In this document: positions 9,527-19,603 of the stretch, piece by piece
Layout of the letters: every line of letters starts with the position of its first letter
Numbering within the stretch: position 1 is the first letter of the stretch
Assembly (NCBI GenBank): GCA_965199855.1
Contig: OZ241326.1
Coordinates: forward strand, 2,848,001-2,912,000
DNA: 64,000 nt
Origin: a bacterium
GTDB taxonomy: Bacteria > UBA8248
Direction of reading: 5' to 3'
Translations under genes and position numbers: made by a program
Notes under the pieces: model-generated
Database searches by the model: none
What the model saw: the letters and a program-made list of their open reading frames with translations, nothing else
Told to the model about the DNA's origin: nothing

Positions 9527-10555
9527 GTGAGCGAGGTGGATGAATTCGAGTTTTTCATGGAAAAGCCCTGGTCGGACGGCCTGCCGGTGGTCCCGCCGAC
9601 GGAGGCGCGCGTCTCGCGGATGCTCGAAGGGACGCGGAGGCCGCCCGATGAGGTCATCGGCCCCGTCCCGCCCCTGGGAGAAGTCGCCACCGCGCGCGAC
9701 GCCGCCGTCCACGCCGTCATGGCGGGGTGCAGGCCGGAATACCTCCCCGTCGTCATCGAGGGGCTGGCGCTCATGCTGGAGGAGCCGCTCAACCTGGGCG
9801 GCGTCCAGGCGACCATGCACAGCGTCGCCCCCCTGCTGATCCTGAACGGCCCCTACGCGAAGCGCATCGGGGTGACGGGCGGGGCGGGGTGCTTCGGCCC
9901 CGGCTTCCGCGCGAACGCCGCCATCGGCCGCGCCATCCGCCTGATGCTCCTCAACCTGGGCGGGGGCGTCGCGCGCTCGGGCTCCATGACCATCTTCGGC
10001 CAGCCCTCGCGCTTCACCTTCTGCGTGGCGGAGAACGAGGAGGCGAGCCCCTGGGAGTCGCTCGCCGTCTCGCGGGGCTACGCCGCCGACGAGGACGTGA
10101 TGACCGCCGTCATGGTCGAGAACCCCCACATCGTCTTCAACGACGTGGACCGCGACCCGAAGCGCCTCCTCGTCTCCCACATGGACACCATGGCGGCGAT
10201 GGGCTCCTGGCCCATCTGGGTGCGCTCGGACGTCGCGCTCGTCCTCTCGCCGGAGCACGCCCGCCTCTGCGCGCGGGCGGGCTTCTCCCGCGCGGACGTT
10301 CACGCCTACGTGCGCGAGAACGCCGGGCGGACGGCAGGCGAACTCAAGCGGGGCGGCCCCTGGCGCGAGGACAGGCCGAACGGGCGGTGGAGCTATCCCG
10401 TGGACAGGGAGGACGACGACTTCTTCATCCGGGTGATCAACGAGCCCGAGGATCTGCACCTGATCGTCGCCGGAGGCGAGGGCCCGCTGGGCGCGGTGAT
10501 GCCGGGCTGGAACGGGGCGAGCCGCGCCGTTCACCGGGCGTATCGGCCCCGGTAG
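9527..10555 (+). CDS. Conserved protein of the 'GLPVVPPT' family (often associated with UGSC/thioredoxin-like partners)
   Basis: GTG start. 'WSDGLPVVPPT', 'AVMAGCRPEYLPVV', 'GPGFRANAAIGRAIRL', 'ENEEASPW', C-terminal 'IVAGGEG'. Confidence 0.7.
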   Translation: MSEVDEFEFFMEKPWSDGLPVVPPTEARVSRMLEGTRRPPDEVIGPVPPLGEVATARDAAVHAVMAGCRPEYLPVVIEGLALMLEEPLNLGGVQATMHSVAPLLILNGPYAKRIGVTGGAGCFGPGFRANAAIGRAIRLMLLNLGGGVARSGSMTIFGQPSRFTFCVAENEEASPWESLAVSRGYAADEDVMTAVMVENPHIVFNDVDRDPKRLLVSHMDTMAAMGSWPIWVRSDVALVLSPEHARLCARAGFSRADVHAYVRENAGRTAGELKRGGPWREDRPNGRWSYPVDREDDDFFIRVINEPEDLHLIVAGGEGPLGAVMPGWNGASRAVHRAYRPR

Positions 10556-10591
10556 CGGCCGCGCCGCCGGTTCCGGCGCGCGGGCGGCGCC

Positions 10592-12865
10592 TCACTTCCG
10601 CGCTTCTTCAATCGCCTCGAGCACGCGCTCCGGGCTGATGGGCAGGCTGCGGACGCGCGCCCCGCCCGTCGCGTGGCAGACGGCGTTGCAGACCGCCGCC
10701 GAGATCGGGTTGATCGCCACCTCGGCCAGCCCCTTGGCGCCGAAGGGCCCGTGCGGGTCCATGGACTCGAAGAAGTCGTGCTCGATCGGCGGAGCGTCCA
10801 TCGAGGTGGCCATGAGATAGTCGTGGAAATTCGTTCCCCGCAGGCGCCCCTCGACCGGCGCGAGATTCTCCATCATCGCGAAGCTCATCCCCTGCACCGC
10901 GCCGCCCTCGACCTGTCCCTCCGCCCCCAGCCTGTTGATCACCCGGCCCGGGTCGTGGCCGCAGCAGATCCGCAGAACGGTCACGACGCCCGTCTCCATG
11001 TCCACTTCCACCTCGGCGGCGTGGGTGCTGAAGGAGTAGGTGGTCGAGGCGTTTCCGTATTTGTCCCGTCCCGGCACGACGCCGCCGGCGAGCCATTTTC
11101 CGCCGCCCTCCACCGCCCCGCCCGACCGCCTGGCGACCTCGCCCACGGACATCCTGCGCTCGGGGAGAGCCTTCGCCTGAATCTCTCCCTCGACGATATC
11201 GAGTTCGTTCGCGGGAATCTCCATGAGCTCCGCCGCCGCCTCGAGAAGGTTCTCGCGCGCGGCCTCGGCGGCGCGCTTCACGGCGTTTCCGCCGATGAGG
11301 GTGATGCGGCTGGCGAACGCCCCCAGGCCGAAGGGCATGATATCCGTATCCGTGGGCGGCACGCGGAACCGCTCAGCGGGAATCCCCATGACCTCCGCGG
11401 CGATGTAGGCCATCACGTTCGCGGAGCCCTGGCCCAGGTCCGACTCGCCCGAGCGGATTTCGACCCCGCCCTCCGCGTCCACGCGAACCACGGCGCTCGA
11501 GGGCTCCTCGCCGTCCGTCCGCCCGAGGCCGACGCCCGCGGCCTTGTTCCCCGAAACGTGGATGCAGCTGGCGAGGCCCACGCCGCGCCCCGCGCCCCCC
11601 CGGGCGCGCCCGGCCTTCCAGTCGATTTTCTCCATCACGTATCGCGTCGCGTCGGCCACGGCGCAGCTCGCTATCTCCCAGCCGTGAAGCGAGACGTCGC
11701 CCTTTTCGGTGTAGTTCCTCAGGCGCAGCTCCGCCGGGTCCATCCCCAGGCCGTCGGCCACGCCGTCGAGGTGGCTCTCCCAGGCGTAGGTCGCCTGCAC
11801 GTTGCCGAAGCCGCGCATCTGGCCCGAGGGGATGACGTTCGTGTAGAGGAGCTTCCCCCGAATCTCCACGGCGGGCGTCCTGTAGAGGTTGTCCGGCCGG
11901 AGCGATACGGAGCTCATGATGGAGGGAGAGAGCGAGCTGTAGGCGCCGTTTTCCGCCACGACGCCGACCCGCTTGCCCGCGAGCTTCCCCTCGCGCGTCC
12001 AGGCGGACTCGAGGGAGATGTGCGTCGGCATCCGCGGACGCATGGCGATGAGGTCCTCCTCCAGGCTCAGCATGAACCGGACGGGCCTCCTCGCCGCCCG
12101 GCTCAGCATCGCCGCCAGAAGCGCCGCCTTCACGTCGAGCTTTCCGCCGAAGGCGCCGCCCGGCTTGGTCTGCACCACGCGGAAGTCGTCGGGCGCCATG
12201 CCCATGGCGGGGGCGAGCATGAACAGGCGAATCACGAACGCCGACTGGAGGCAGCCCCAGATGGTGATTCTCCCGTCGGGATGCCATTGCGCGGCGCAGC
12301 CCGTGGGCTCGAGATACGCCTGGTGCGCGAGGTGGGTGTGAAACTCCTCTTCGAACCGGGCGTGGGCCGCCTCGAAGGCCGCGTCCACCTCGCCGCGCCG
12401 GATGTGAAACTCGTTCGCCGCGTTTCCGGGGACGGAATCATGGACGAGGGGCGCGTCCGGCGCCTGCGCCATGAAGGGGTCCGCCACCGTGGGCAAAACC
12501 TCGTATTCCACGCGGATGAGGGAGAGCGCCTCGCGCGCCGCGTCCTCGTCCGCGGCCGCCACGGCGGCGATCTCATCCCCCGCGTAGCGCGCCTTCTCCC
12601 GGCAGATCGCGGTCTCGTCCTTGTCTATGATGCCGAAGGGCGCGTCCGGCGTGTTGTTTCGGGAGAGGACGGCGGCGACGCCCGGCAGACGCTCGGCCGC
12701 CGAGGCGTCCACGTTCAGTATCCTCGCGTGGGGGTGGGGGCTCCTGAGCGCCATGCCGGTGAGCGCGCCCGGAAGCGCCATGTCGTCGATGAAGGTCGTC
12801 GCGCCGGCGACCTTCTCCACGGCGTCGATGCCCGGATGGGGCCGGCCCACGACGCGCGCGCTCAT
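10592..12865 (-). CDS. Xanthine dehydrogenase-family molybdopterin-binding large subunit
   Basis: Start MSARVVG at 12865. 'LRSPHPHARI', 'HQAYLEP', 'GGAFGGK', 'MRGFG', 'GQG', 'EGQVEGG', 'GPFGAKGLAE'. Confidence 0.93.
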   Translation of the reverse strand: MSARVVGRPHPGIDAVEKVAGATTFIDDMALPGALTGMALRSPHPHARILNVDASAAERLPGVAAVLSRNNTPDAPFGIIDKDETAICREKARYAGDEIAAVAAADEDAAREALSLIRVEYEVLPTVADPFMAQAPDAPLVHDSVPGNAANEFHIRRGEVDAAFEAAHARFEEEFHTHLAHQAYLEPTGCAAQWHPDGRITIWGCLQSAFVIRLFMLAPAMGMAPDDFRVVQTKPGGAFGGKLDVKAALLAAMLSRAARRPVRFMLSLEEDLIAMRPRMPTHISLESAWTREGKLAGKRVGVVAENGAYSSLSPSIMSSVSLRPDNLYRTPAVEIRGKLLYTNVIPSGQMRGFGNVQATYAWESHLDGVADGLGMDPAELRLRNYTEKGDVSLHGWEIASCAVADATRYVMEKIDWKAGRARGGAGRGVGLASCIHVSGNKAAGVGLGRTDGEEPSSAVVRVDAEGGVEIRSGESDLGQGSANVMAYIAAEVMGIPAERFRVPPTDTDIMPFGLGAFASRITLIGGNAVKRAAEAARENLLEAAAELMEIPANELDIVEGEIQAKALPERRMSVGEVARRSGGAVEGGGKWLAGGVVPGRDKYGNASTTYSFSTHAAEVEVDMETGVVTVLRICCGHDPGRVINRLGAEGQVEGGAVQGMSFAMMENLAPVEGRLRGTNFHDYLMATSMDAPPIEHDFFESMDPHGPFGAKGLAEVAINPISAAVCNAVCHATGGARVRSLPISPERVLEAIEEARK

Positions 12866-13353
12866 GCGTCCTCCCCCCCGACCATCTGGCGGGCGGCGGC
12901 CTCGACGGCCTCGAAAATTTTCTTGTAGCCCGTGCAGCGGCAAAGATTTCCCGCGAGGCCGCGCCGGATTTCCTCGCGCGTGGGCGCGGGGTTCTCGTCG
13001 AGAAGCGCCTTCGCCGCCACCACGATCCCCGGCGTGCAGAAGCCGCACTGCACGCCGCCCTTTTCGACGAGCTGCGCCTGAATCGGATGAAGATCCTCCT
13101 CCGTGCCGATGCCGCGCACGGTGACGACCTCGGCGCCTTCGGCCTGAGCGGCGAAGACGAGGCAGGCGTTCACCGCCGCGCCGTCGAGCAGAACGGCGCA
13201 CGCCCCGCAGTCGCCCCCCTCGCAGCTGAGCTTCACCTCCACGTAGCCGATGCGCCTGAGCGCGCGCAGGAGCGTCTCCTCTCCGCGCGCCGCGAGGGTT
13301 TCTTCCTTTCCGTTGACGCGCAGCCTTATCTCCCGCATATCCCGCTCGCTCAT
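12862..13353 (-). CDS. (2Fe-2S)-binding small subunit (CoxS/XdhC-like)
   Basis: 'CEGGDCGAC', 'QCGFCTPG', 'GNLCRCTGY'. Confidence 0.95.
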   Translation of the reverse strand: MSERDMREIRLRVNGKEETLAARGEETLLRALRRIGYVEVKLSCEGGDCGACAVLLDGAAVNACLVFAAQAEGAEVVTVRGIGTEEDLHPIQAQLVEKGGVQCGFCTPGIVVAAKALLDENPAPTREEIRRGLAGNLCRCTGYKKIFEAVEAAARQMVGGEDA

Positions 13354-13384
13354 CGCCTCTGCGCCTCGCGCCCGGAAGCGCCCG

Positions 13385-14239
13385 TCACGCCACCGCCGCC
13401 TGCGGCATCCCCAGCGCCTTTCTCAGCAGGCGGCGAACCAGCACGCCGCACATCTTCCGGCGATACGCCGCCGACGCCCGCAAGTCGTCAATCGGCCGCG
13501 CGCTTTCGGCCGCCGCCGCGGCGGCCGCCTCGATTTCCGCCTCCCCGATCTCCCGTCCGCGAAGATGCGCCTCGGCCGCCCGCGCGCGATAGGGGACGGC
13601 GGCCACCGACCCCAGACCGATGGCGGCCTCCTCGCAAGCCTCCCCCTTCATTCTGAGGGAGACGGCCACGCCGACCAGGGCGATCGCCATCGCCCGCCTG
13701 AGCTGGAGCTTGCAGTAGGCGCTTCGATCCTCCGGCGCCAGCGGGCGAATGACGACGGCCGTCAAGAGCTCCTCCGGCCGAGCGGCCGTCTTTCGGTAGT
13801 CCAGGAAGAATTCGTCGAGCGGCACGGAGCGCGCGCCCTCCGTCGAGGCCAGCTCGACGACGCCCCCCTGCGCCAGCAGGGGCGGCGCCAGATCGGCGGC
13901 GGGCGAGGCGTCCATCAGGTTGCCCGCCACGCTCGCGCGGTTTCGCACCAGAGGCCCCGCGAACTCGAGGGCGCTCTCATACAGGGGCGGGGCGGCTTCG
14001 CGCGCCAGCTCGGAGGCCAGCAGGTCCGAGACCGTCGCCAGCGCCCCGATCCGCACCTTCCCGTCCGCCTCCTCGATGAAGCGAAGCTCCCCGAGGCGGC
14101 TGATGTCCACCGCGCGCGCGATTTTCTTCCGTCCGAAGAGCACGTCGGGCACGAGGTTCGTGCCGCCCGCCACGAAGGCGGCCCCCTCCGCCGCGGCGGC
14201 CAGCGCCTCCTCCACCGATGCGGCCCGCAAGAGCTCCAT
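13385..14239 (-). CDS. FAD-binding medium subunit (CoxM/XdhB-like)
   Basis: 'AGGTNL', 'VRNRASVAGNL', 'ASPAAD', 'PIDDLRASAAYR'. No [4Fe-4S] insertion, so not HcrB-like. Confidence 0.92.
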   Translation of the reverse strand: MELLRAASVEEALAAAAEGAAFVAGGTNLVPDVLFGRKKIARAVDISRLGELRFIEEADGKVRIGALATVSDLLASELAREAAPPLYESALEFAGPLVRNRASVAGNLMDASPAADLAPPLLAQGGVVELASTEGARSVPLDEFFLDYRKTAARPEELLTAVVIRPLAPEDRSAYCKLQLRRAMAIALVGVAVSLRMKGEACEEAAIGLGSVAAVPYRARAAEAHLRGREIGEAEIEAAAAAAAESARPIDDLRASAAYRRKMCGVLVRRLLRKALGMPQAAVA

Positions 14240-14419
14240 GTCCCGCTCCTCGAAATTACGCCCCGGCGCGGCGCCGGAGCATCCCCGCCGCGCCGATTCC
14301 ATAGGGAACGGCGCCCGCCTTCCCGATGCGAATCAGCGACATGAACACGGGCGTGCGGACGATCTGGCCGATCAGCTCCCGCTGCGCCGCGCAGCCGACG
14401 CAGAGCATGGCGGCCGGCG

Positions 14420-15475
14420 TCAGTCGATGATTTCCCATTCGCCCGAATGCCGATCCAGCTGCGCCGCGCTGTAGGGGTCCACCTCGTGGTCGCGCTCGGG
14501 AATTTCGACGCGCTTCTCCTCGCCGCACAGGGCGGTGGTGAAGTAGCGCTGCCCCGTGTCGTTGACGTTCGTGACGATGCTCTCCAGCTCCGGGTGCAGG
14601 CGCGCCACCTTGAGCGCGGCCGCCGCGTTGCAGCCCGAGGAGACGCCGCAGAAAATACCCTCCTCGCGCGCCAGGCGCCGCGCCGCCTCCAGCGCCTCCT
14701 CCGTCGTCGTCGTCACGACGCCGGAGAGTAGCGAGAGGTCGAGCGCCTTCGGCACGAAGCCGTCCCCGATGCCCTCGATGCCGTGCGGCCCCCAGCCCCT
14801 TCGGCTCAGGAGCGGACACTCGGCCGGCTCCACCGCGTAGAGCTTCACGTCCGGGCTGCGCTCGCGCAGAAACCTGCCCACCCCGCTCACCCAGCCGCCC
14901 GTGCCCTGGGAGGCCACGACGGCGTCCACGCGCCCGTCCAGCTGCTCCCATATCTCGGGCCCGGTCGTGAGGTAGTGCGCCTCGTTGTTGTCGAGGTTGT
15001 CGAACTGGGCGGGAACCCAGTATCCATCGGGCGCGGCCGCACGGATTTCCTCGAGCCTCGCCAGCGCGAGGTCCACGTCGCTCTCCCCGCCGGGCGTGAA
15101 CACCAGGTCGGCGCCGTAGGCGCGCATGAGCTTCTTGCGCTCGTCGCTCATGCCCTCGGGCATGACCACGACGCAGGGGTAGCCCTTTACCGCCGAGACG
15201 AACGCGCAGGCGACGCCCGCGTTGCCGGTGGAGCATTCGAGCACCGTCATGCCCGCCTTCAGGTCGCCGCGCTCCTCGGCCTTCGAGATCATGTTGAGGT
15301 AGATGCGATCCTTGAGGCTGCCGGTGGGCGAATACCACTCGAGCTTCGCATAGACGGCGGGGCGGACGCCGGACGCCGCCCGGCGCAGGCGCACCAGGGG
15401 CGTTCCGCCGATGGCGTCCAGGATGCTTTCCGAACGGCGCCTGTAGGAATCCCACTCCCGCTTCCGAATGCCCAT
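14420..15475 (-). CDS. PLP-dependent cysteine synthase-family protein
   Basis: 'IGGTPLV', 'KLEWYSPTGSLKDR' (PLP Lys), 'STGNAG', 'GTGG', 'HGIEGIG', 'EEGIFCGVSSG'. Confidence 0.88.
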   Translation of the reverse strand: MGIRKREWDSYRRRSESILDAIGGTPLVRLRRAASGVRPAVYAKLEWYSPTGSLKDRIYLNMISKAEERGDLKAGMTVLECSTGNAGVACAFVSAVKGYPCVVVMPEGMSDERKKLMRAYGADLVFTPGGESDVDLALARLEEIRAAAPDGYWVPAQFDNLDNNEAHYLTTGPEIWEQLDGRVDAVVASQGTGGWVSGVGRFLRERSPDVKLYAVEPAECPLLSRRGWGPHGIEGIGDGFVPKALDLSLLSGVVTTTTEEALEAARRLAREEGIFCGVSSGCNAAAALKVARLHPELESIVTNVNDTGQRYFTTALCGEEKRVEIPERDHEVDPYSAAQLDRHSGEWEIID

Positions 15476-15632
15476 GCCCCGCGCCTTATGAAGGAGAAAG
15501 ACTCATTCGCCGACGTCCCGTGAATCCCTGAACTTCTGAAGCGTTCTCTCCCCTGTTCCCCTCGCCTTGAAGCCGCCGGCTTCCAGACGGAAACGCGCGA
15601 ACTGCATCGCCGCCGAGAGGCCGCGCCCCGCC

Positions 15633-16589
15633 CTAGCCCGCCCGGAGGCGGGGGATGATCTCCTTCGCCAGAATCTCGACCTGCGCCATCTCGTATTTGT
15701 AGGGAACGAAGATGAGCCTATCCACGCCCGTGGCCACGTGCGCCCGCAGCTGCTCCACGCACTCCTCGATCGTTCCCATGACGGCGCTTTCGGCCGTGGA
15801 CTCGCTCCAGGAGGCGTAGTCCCACTCCTTGTGGAGCCATTCGTTCATCGGCCCCTCCACCTCGGCGCGGGACGCCCCCGCCATGACGGGCAGCTGGTTC
15901 GCGCTCTCGAGCGCGTCTGGGTCGCGCCCCGCCGCTTCGGCGAAGCGGCGCACCTTCTCCCAGGAGCGCGCGAAGCTCTCGGGCGTGTAGAAGTAGGTGA
16001 GCCAGCCGTCGCCCTTCTCGCCCGCGCGCCTGAGCGCGCGATCCACGTAGCCGCCTATCAGGATGGGCGGCCTCGGCCGCTGCGCGGGCTTGGGGAACAT
16101 GACGGAATTCCGCAGGTTGTAGGGGCCGTATTCCGCGCGCACCATGTCCTCCGTCCACAGGCGCGTGAGAATCTCGATGCTTTGATCCATGAGGGCGCCG
16201 CGCCGCTCGAAGGGAACGCCCACGGCGTCGAACTCGCGCTTGTACCAGCCCGCCGCCATGCCGAGCAGGAGGCGGCCGTTCGATATCTGATCGATGCTGG
16301 AGAGCTGCTTGGCCAGCACGAGCGGGTTCCTGAGCGGGAGGACGAGCACCCCCGTGCCGAGCCGGATGCCGCGCGTCCGCGCGGCCACGGCGGTGAGAAG
16401 CGTCAGCGACTCGATGATGGGAAAATGCGGCTCCACGCCCAGCAGGATGTGATCCCACACCCACAGGGACTCGAAGCCCAGCTCCTCCATGGCGACGCCG
16501 TATTCGATGAGCGCGCCGGCGTCGGGCAGTTCGGGATGCGCGGTGAAGTTGCGCATGGCGATTCCGAATTTCACGTCTTTTTCCGGCAC
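15633..16589 (-). CDS. LLM-class flavin/F420-dependent oxidoreductase
   Basis: 'GFESLWVWDH', 'LGTGVLVLPLRNP', 'SNGRLLLG', 'PKPAQRPRPPILIGG'. Confidence 0.9.
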   Translation of the reverse strand: MPEKDVKFGIAMRNFTAHPELPDAGALIEYGVAMEELGFESLWVWDHILLGVEPHFPIIESLTLLTAVAARTRGIRLGTGVLVLPLRNPLVLAKQLSSIDQISNGRLLLGMAAGWYKREFDAVGVPFERRGALMDQSIEILTRLWTEDMVRAEYGPYNLRNSVMFPKPAQRPRPPILIGGYVDRALRRAGEKGDGWLTYFYTPESFARSWEKVRRFAEAAGRDPDALESANQLPVMAGASRAEVEGPMNEWLHKEWDYASWSESTAESAVMGTIEECVEQLRAHVATGVDRLIFVPYKYEMAQVEILAKEIIPRLRAG

Positions 16590-16605
16590 GTCGGCCTCCT
16601 CGATG

Positions 16606-17871
16606 TCATTCCGCGCCGCACCAGTTCAGGATGGAGAGCGCCAGCGTCTTCGTCGCGTCAATCACGTCCTCCACGGCCACCCACTCGTTGTTCGCGTGCA
16701 TCTGGGTGGTGGGGCCGGGCCCGAAAATCACCGTCGGGACGCCGAAGCCGATCAGAAAGCGCGTGTCGGCGGCGCCCTGCCTGCCGGAGATTTCAGGCGC
16801 CGCGCCCGACGCCTCCTCATAGGCGTCCGCCACCGTCCGCACGATGGGGTGCGCGGGGTCGATGGCGGCCGATTCGGCGTAATACCCCGTGAAGCGGACC
16901 TCGGGCGGATGCTCCCGCATCCAGGGATCCTCGCGCGCCGCCTGCGCCACCTGCTCGACCAGGCTCCGCTTGGCCGCGTCGTGATCCTCCCCCGGCACGG
17001 TGGCCAGGCTCCCCTTGAGGACGCAGGTGTCCGGGAAGGCGCTCGGAAAGCTCCCCGCCTCCATCGAGCCGACCATGCAGGGAATCGCGTCGATGATCCT
17101 GGGATAGAGCGGATGCGAGACCGTCTCCAGACGCTTCTCCTCGAGCGCCGCCACGGCCCGGACGATCCTGCAGCCCAGGTCGATGGCGTTCACGCCCCGG
17201 TATCTGCGCTGAATGCCCGCCGCCTTTCCGCGCACGAGAATCTGGAACCAGATTCTGCCGATGCAGCCGGGCTGAACGGCGTTTCCGCTCGTCTCGCAGC
17301 AGATGCCCGCGTCCGCCGTATAGCCGCGCAGCAGGGTGTCGAGCGTGCCGTGGCCGCTCAGCTCCTCATCGACCACGAAGTCGAGGATGACGTCGCCCCC
17401 GGGCCTGAGCCCCGCCGCCATGAAGCACTTCGCCGCCATGATGATGGCCGCCACGCCGCTTTTCATGTCCGAGGCGCCGCGTCCGTAGAGGCGCCCCTCC
17501 TCGATGTCGGCGGAGAGCGGCCCGTGCTCCCAGGCGTCCGCCGGGCCGTGGGGGACGGTGTCGGTGTGGCCGTTGAGCAGGAGCGACCTGCCCCCGCCCG
17601 CGCCCCTGAGCACGCCGACCACGTTCGGCCGCCCCTCGTAGCCCCGCGTGACGGGCACGTATTCGGGGCGCTTCTTGAGCGCCTCCCAGTCCGACTCCCA
17701 GACGTCCACCTCGAGGCCCATCCCGCGCAGAAGCCCGGCGACGTGGGCCTGAATCTCGCCCTCCTCCCCCGTCACGCTCGGGATGCGGACGAGGGTCGAG
17801 AGCAGGGCGATGATCTCCTCCCGGTGGGCCTCGACCTGCTCCAGAATCCTTTCCCTGCGCCCTTCGCTCAT
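16606..17871 (-). CDS. ArgE/DapE-family (M20) deacylase
   Basis: 'LNGHTDTVP', 'GRGASDMKSG', 'DEE', 'GPG...HANNE'. Confidence 0.9.
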   Translation of the reverse strand: MSEGRRERILEQVEAHREEIIALLSTLVRIPSVTGEEGEIQAHVAGLLRGMGLEVDVWESDWEALKKRPEYVPVTRGYEGRPNVVGVLRGAGGGRSLLLNGHTDTVPHGPADAWEHGPLSADIEEGRLYGRGASDMKSGVAAIIMAAKCFMAAGLRPGGDVILDFVVDEELSGHGTLDTLLRGYTADAGICCETSGNAVQPGCIGRIWFQILVRGKAAGIQRRYRGVNAIDLGCRIVRAVAALEEKRLETVSHPLYPRIIDAIPCMVGSMEAGSFPSAFPDTCVLKGSLATVPGEDHDAAKRSLVEQVAQAAREDPWMREHPPEVRFTGYYAESAAIDPAHPIVRTVADAYEEASGAAPEISGRQGAADTRFLIGFGVPTVIFGPGPTTQMHANNEWVAVEDVIDATKTLALSILNWCGAE

Positions 17872-17886
17872 GGCGGCTCCCTGCGT

Positions 17887-18660
17887 TCACGCGGTGTAGA
17901 TTCTCTCCGGATCGAGATGGCGAAGCGCGGCCAGCTCCTCCTCGGCGGGAGGCTCCGTGGTCGGCGCGTCGGGGGCGATGAGGAGCTCGAAGCCCGCGTT
18001 CTCCCGCACGCGCTCGGCCGTCACGCCCGGGTGCAGCGCCTTGACGCGCATCCGCCCCGTCTCCTCGTCGAAGTCGAAAAGCGCGAGGTCGGTGACCACG
18101 AGGCGCATCCCCCCCGCCGGCAGGCCGGCCTCGCGCCTCGACGCGCCGCCCCGCAGATAGCCGGGGCTGGTGATGAAGTCCACGCGCTCCACGAAGCGGC
18201 GCTTCTCCAGGGGCATCGCCACGATCATGCTGGTGAGGCTCGAAATGTCGTTGCCCCCGCCCGTGCCGGGCAGCCGCACGGCGGGCGCGTCCGCCGCGCC
18301 GATGAAGGAGCTGTTCAGGTTGCCGTACCGGTCGATCTGCGCCCCCCCCATGAAGCCCACGTCCACGTAGCCGCGCTGGAGCAGGAGCAGCACCTCCGTG
18401 ATGCTCACGAGCATGTTCGCCTTGCGCGTGCAGCGCTGCTCGTTCGTGGTGGGCGGAAGCCGGCCGGGGACGATGTGGGGGCCGATGGTGCCGCCCTCGA
18501 AGAGAATCGTCAGGCCCGGGGCGTGAAGGCGCTGGGCCAGCGTGGCCGCCAGCAGGGGAACGCCCACGCCCGCGAAAACCACCTGGCCCTCCTCGAGCGC
18601 GCGGGCGCTCATCACGCACAGCAGCTCCGACGCCGTGAAGTCCCTCGCCTCAATCGTCAT
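17887..18660 (-). CDS. CoA-transferase subunit B (glutaconate/3-oxoacid CoA-transferase family)
   Basis: 'VFAGVGVP', 'LFEGG', 'GGAQIDRYGNLNS', 'LPGTGGGNDI', 'FVERVDFITSPG'. Confidence 0.9.
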   Translation of the reverse strand: MTIEARDFTASELLCVMSARALEEGQVVFAGVGVPLLAATLAQRLHAPGLTILFEGGTIGPHIVPGRLPPTTNEQRCTRKANMLVSITEVLLLLQRGYVDVGFMGGAQIDRYGNLNSSFIGAADAPAVRLPGTGGGNDISSLTSMIVAMPLEKRRFVERVDFITSPGYLRGGASRREAGLPAGGMRLVVTDLALFDFDEETGRMRVKALHPGVTAERVRENAGFELLIAPDAPTTEPPAEEELAALRHLDPERIYTA

Positions 18661-19603
18661 GCACGCTCCTCCCCCGGCGCGCCGCGTCCAGGAGCGCGTC
18701 CAGTCCGAGGCACTCCAGATATTCCGTCCAGCTGCCGGGCGCGTGGTAATACTCCTCCAGATACGCCTTCACGCCCTCCATCGGCTCCTTCCGCGTGCGC
18801 TCGGCGTAGTCGTCCATGTGCGCGAACAGGGGCTCATAGACGCCGTAGCACTCGTGCGGGGCGCAGCCGTAGGGCGCCTCCACCACGGCGTCCACGGCGA
18901 AGAAGGGAATCCTCGTCCTGTCGGGCGCCCGCCTGATCTGATCGTTCGAGATGACGCGCTCGGTGGTGAGGACGACGCGGTTCGCCGCCATGGCCATGTC
19001 GACGTCCATGAAGGTGAGGCCGTCGAGCTGCGCGTTGCCGTAAGGGTCGCATCGCTGGACGTGAATCAGCGCCACGTCGGGGTTGAGCGCCGGCGCGAGG
19101 AGGATTTTATCGCCCGTGAAGGGGCATTCCATCTCCTCGAGATTCCCGAGGCGGGCGGCCACGTCCGAGCCCATCATGGAGCGCATGGGCATGAAGGGAA
19201 CCCCCATCGCCCCCGCCCTGTATCTGAGGCCGATCGACATGTGGCTCCACTCCTCGAAGCGCGCCAGCCCGTTTTCGGTGAAGTGCCGCATGACGCGCGA
19301 GACGCCCCAGACGATGCCCTGGCTGAACCAGCTCGTGAGGATGCGATCCCCCAGGCCCGAGGCGAAAATGAGGTCGCCCTCGGTGGAGACGATGCTCCGC
19401 GAGAAGGAGAGCCCCTTCCTCCCCGCGCGAATCAGCGCCCAGAGCATGGCGAAGGGCGTTCTCGACGCCGTGCAGCCGCCGAGGGCGACGTGGTCGCCCT
19501 CGTTCACGAACGCGCAGGCCTCCTCCAGGGTCATCACCTTCTCCCGAAGGCTGCGATCCCGCGCCTGGGTGCGCTCCCTGAGCGAAAGATAATCGCGCGT
19601 CAC
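18650..19603 (-). CDS. CoA-transferase subunit A
   Basis: 'EWSH...RYRAGAMGVPFMP', 'PALNPDVALIHVQRCDPYGN', 'VDAVVEAPYGCAP'; overlaps subunit B. Confidence 0.9.
   Translation of the reverse strand: MTRDYLSLRERTQARDRSLREKVMTLEEACAFVNEGDHVALGGCTASRTPFAMLWALIRAGRKGLSFSRSIVSTEGDLIFASGLGDRILTSWFSQGIVWGVSRVMRHFTENGLARFEEWSHMSIGLRYRAGAMGVPFMPMRSMMGSDVAARLGNLEEMECPFTGDKILLAPALNPDVALIHVQRCDPYGNAQLDGLTFMDVDMAMAANRVVLTTERVISNDQIRRAPDRTRIPFFAVDAVVEAPYGCAPHECYGVYEPLFAHMDDYAERTRKEPMEGVKAYLEEYYHAPGSWTEYLECLGLDALLDAARRGRSVHDD

Noticed and set aside
10592-14239. 4-hydroxybenzoyl-CoA reductase or aerobic CO dehydrogenase
   Set aside because: The FAD subunit lacks the HcrB [4Fe-4S] insert and the large subunit lacks the AYxCSFR CoxL motif (it has QMRGFG); substrate left unassigned.
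14256-14408. 50-aa minus-strand ORF (MLCVGCAAQRELIGQ...) with a CxxC between the cysteine synthase-like and FAD subunit genes
   Set aside because: No clear RBS or recognisable family; cannot be supported without a search.
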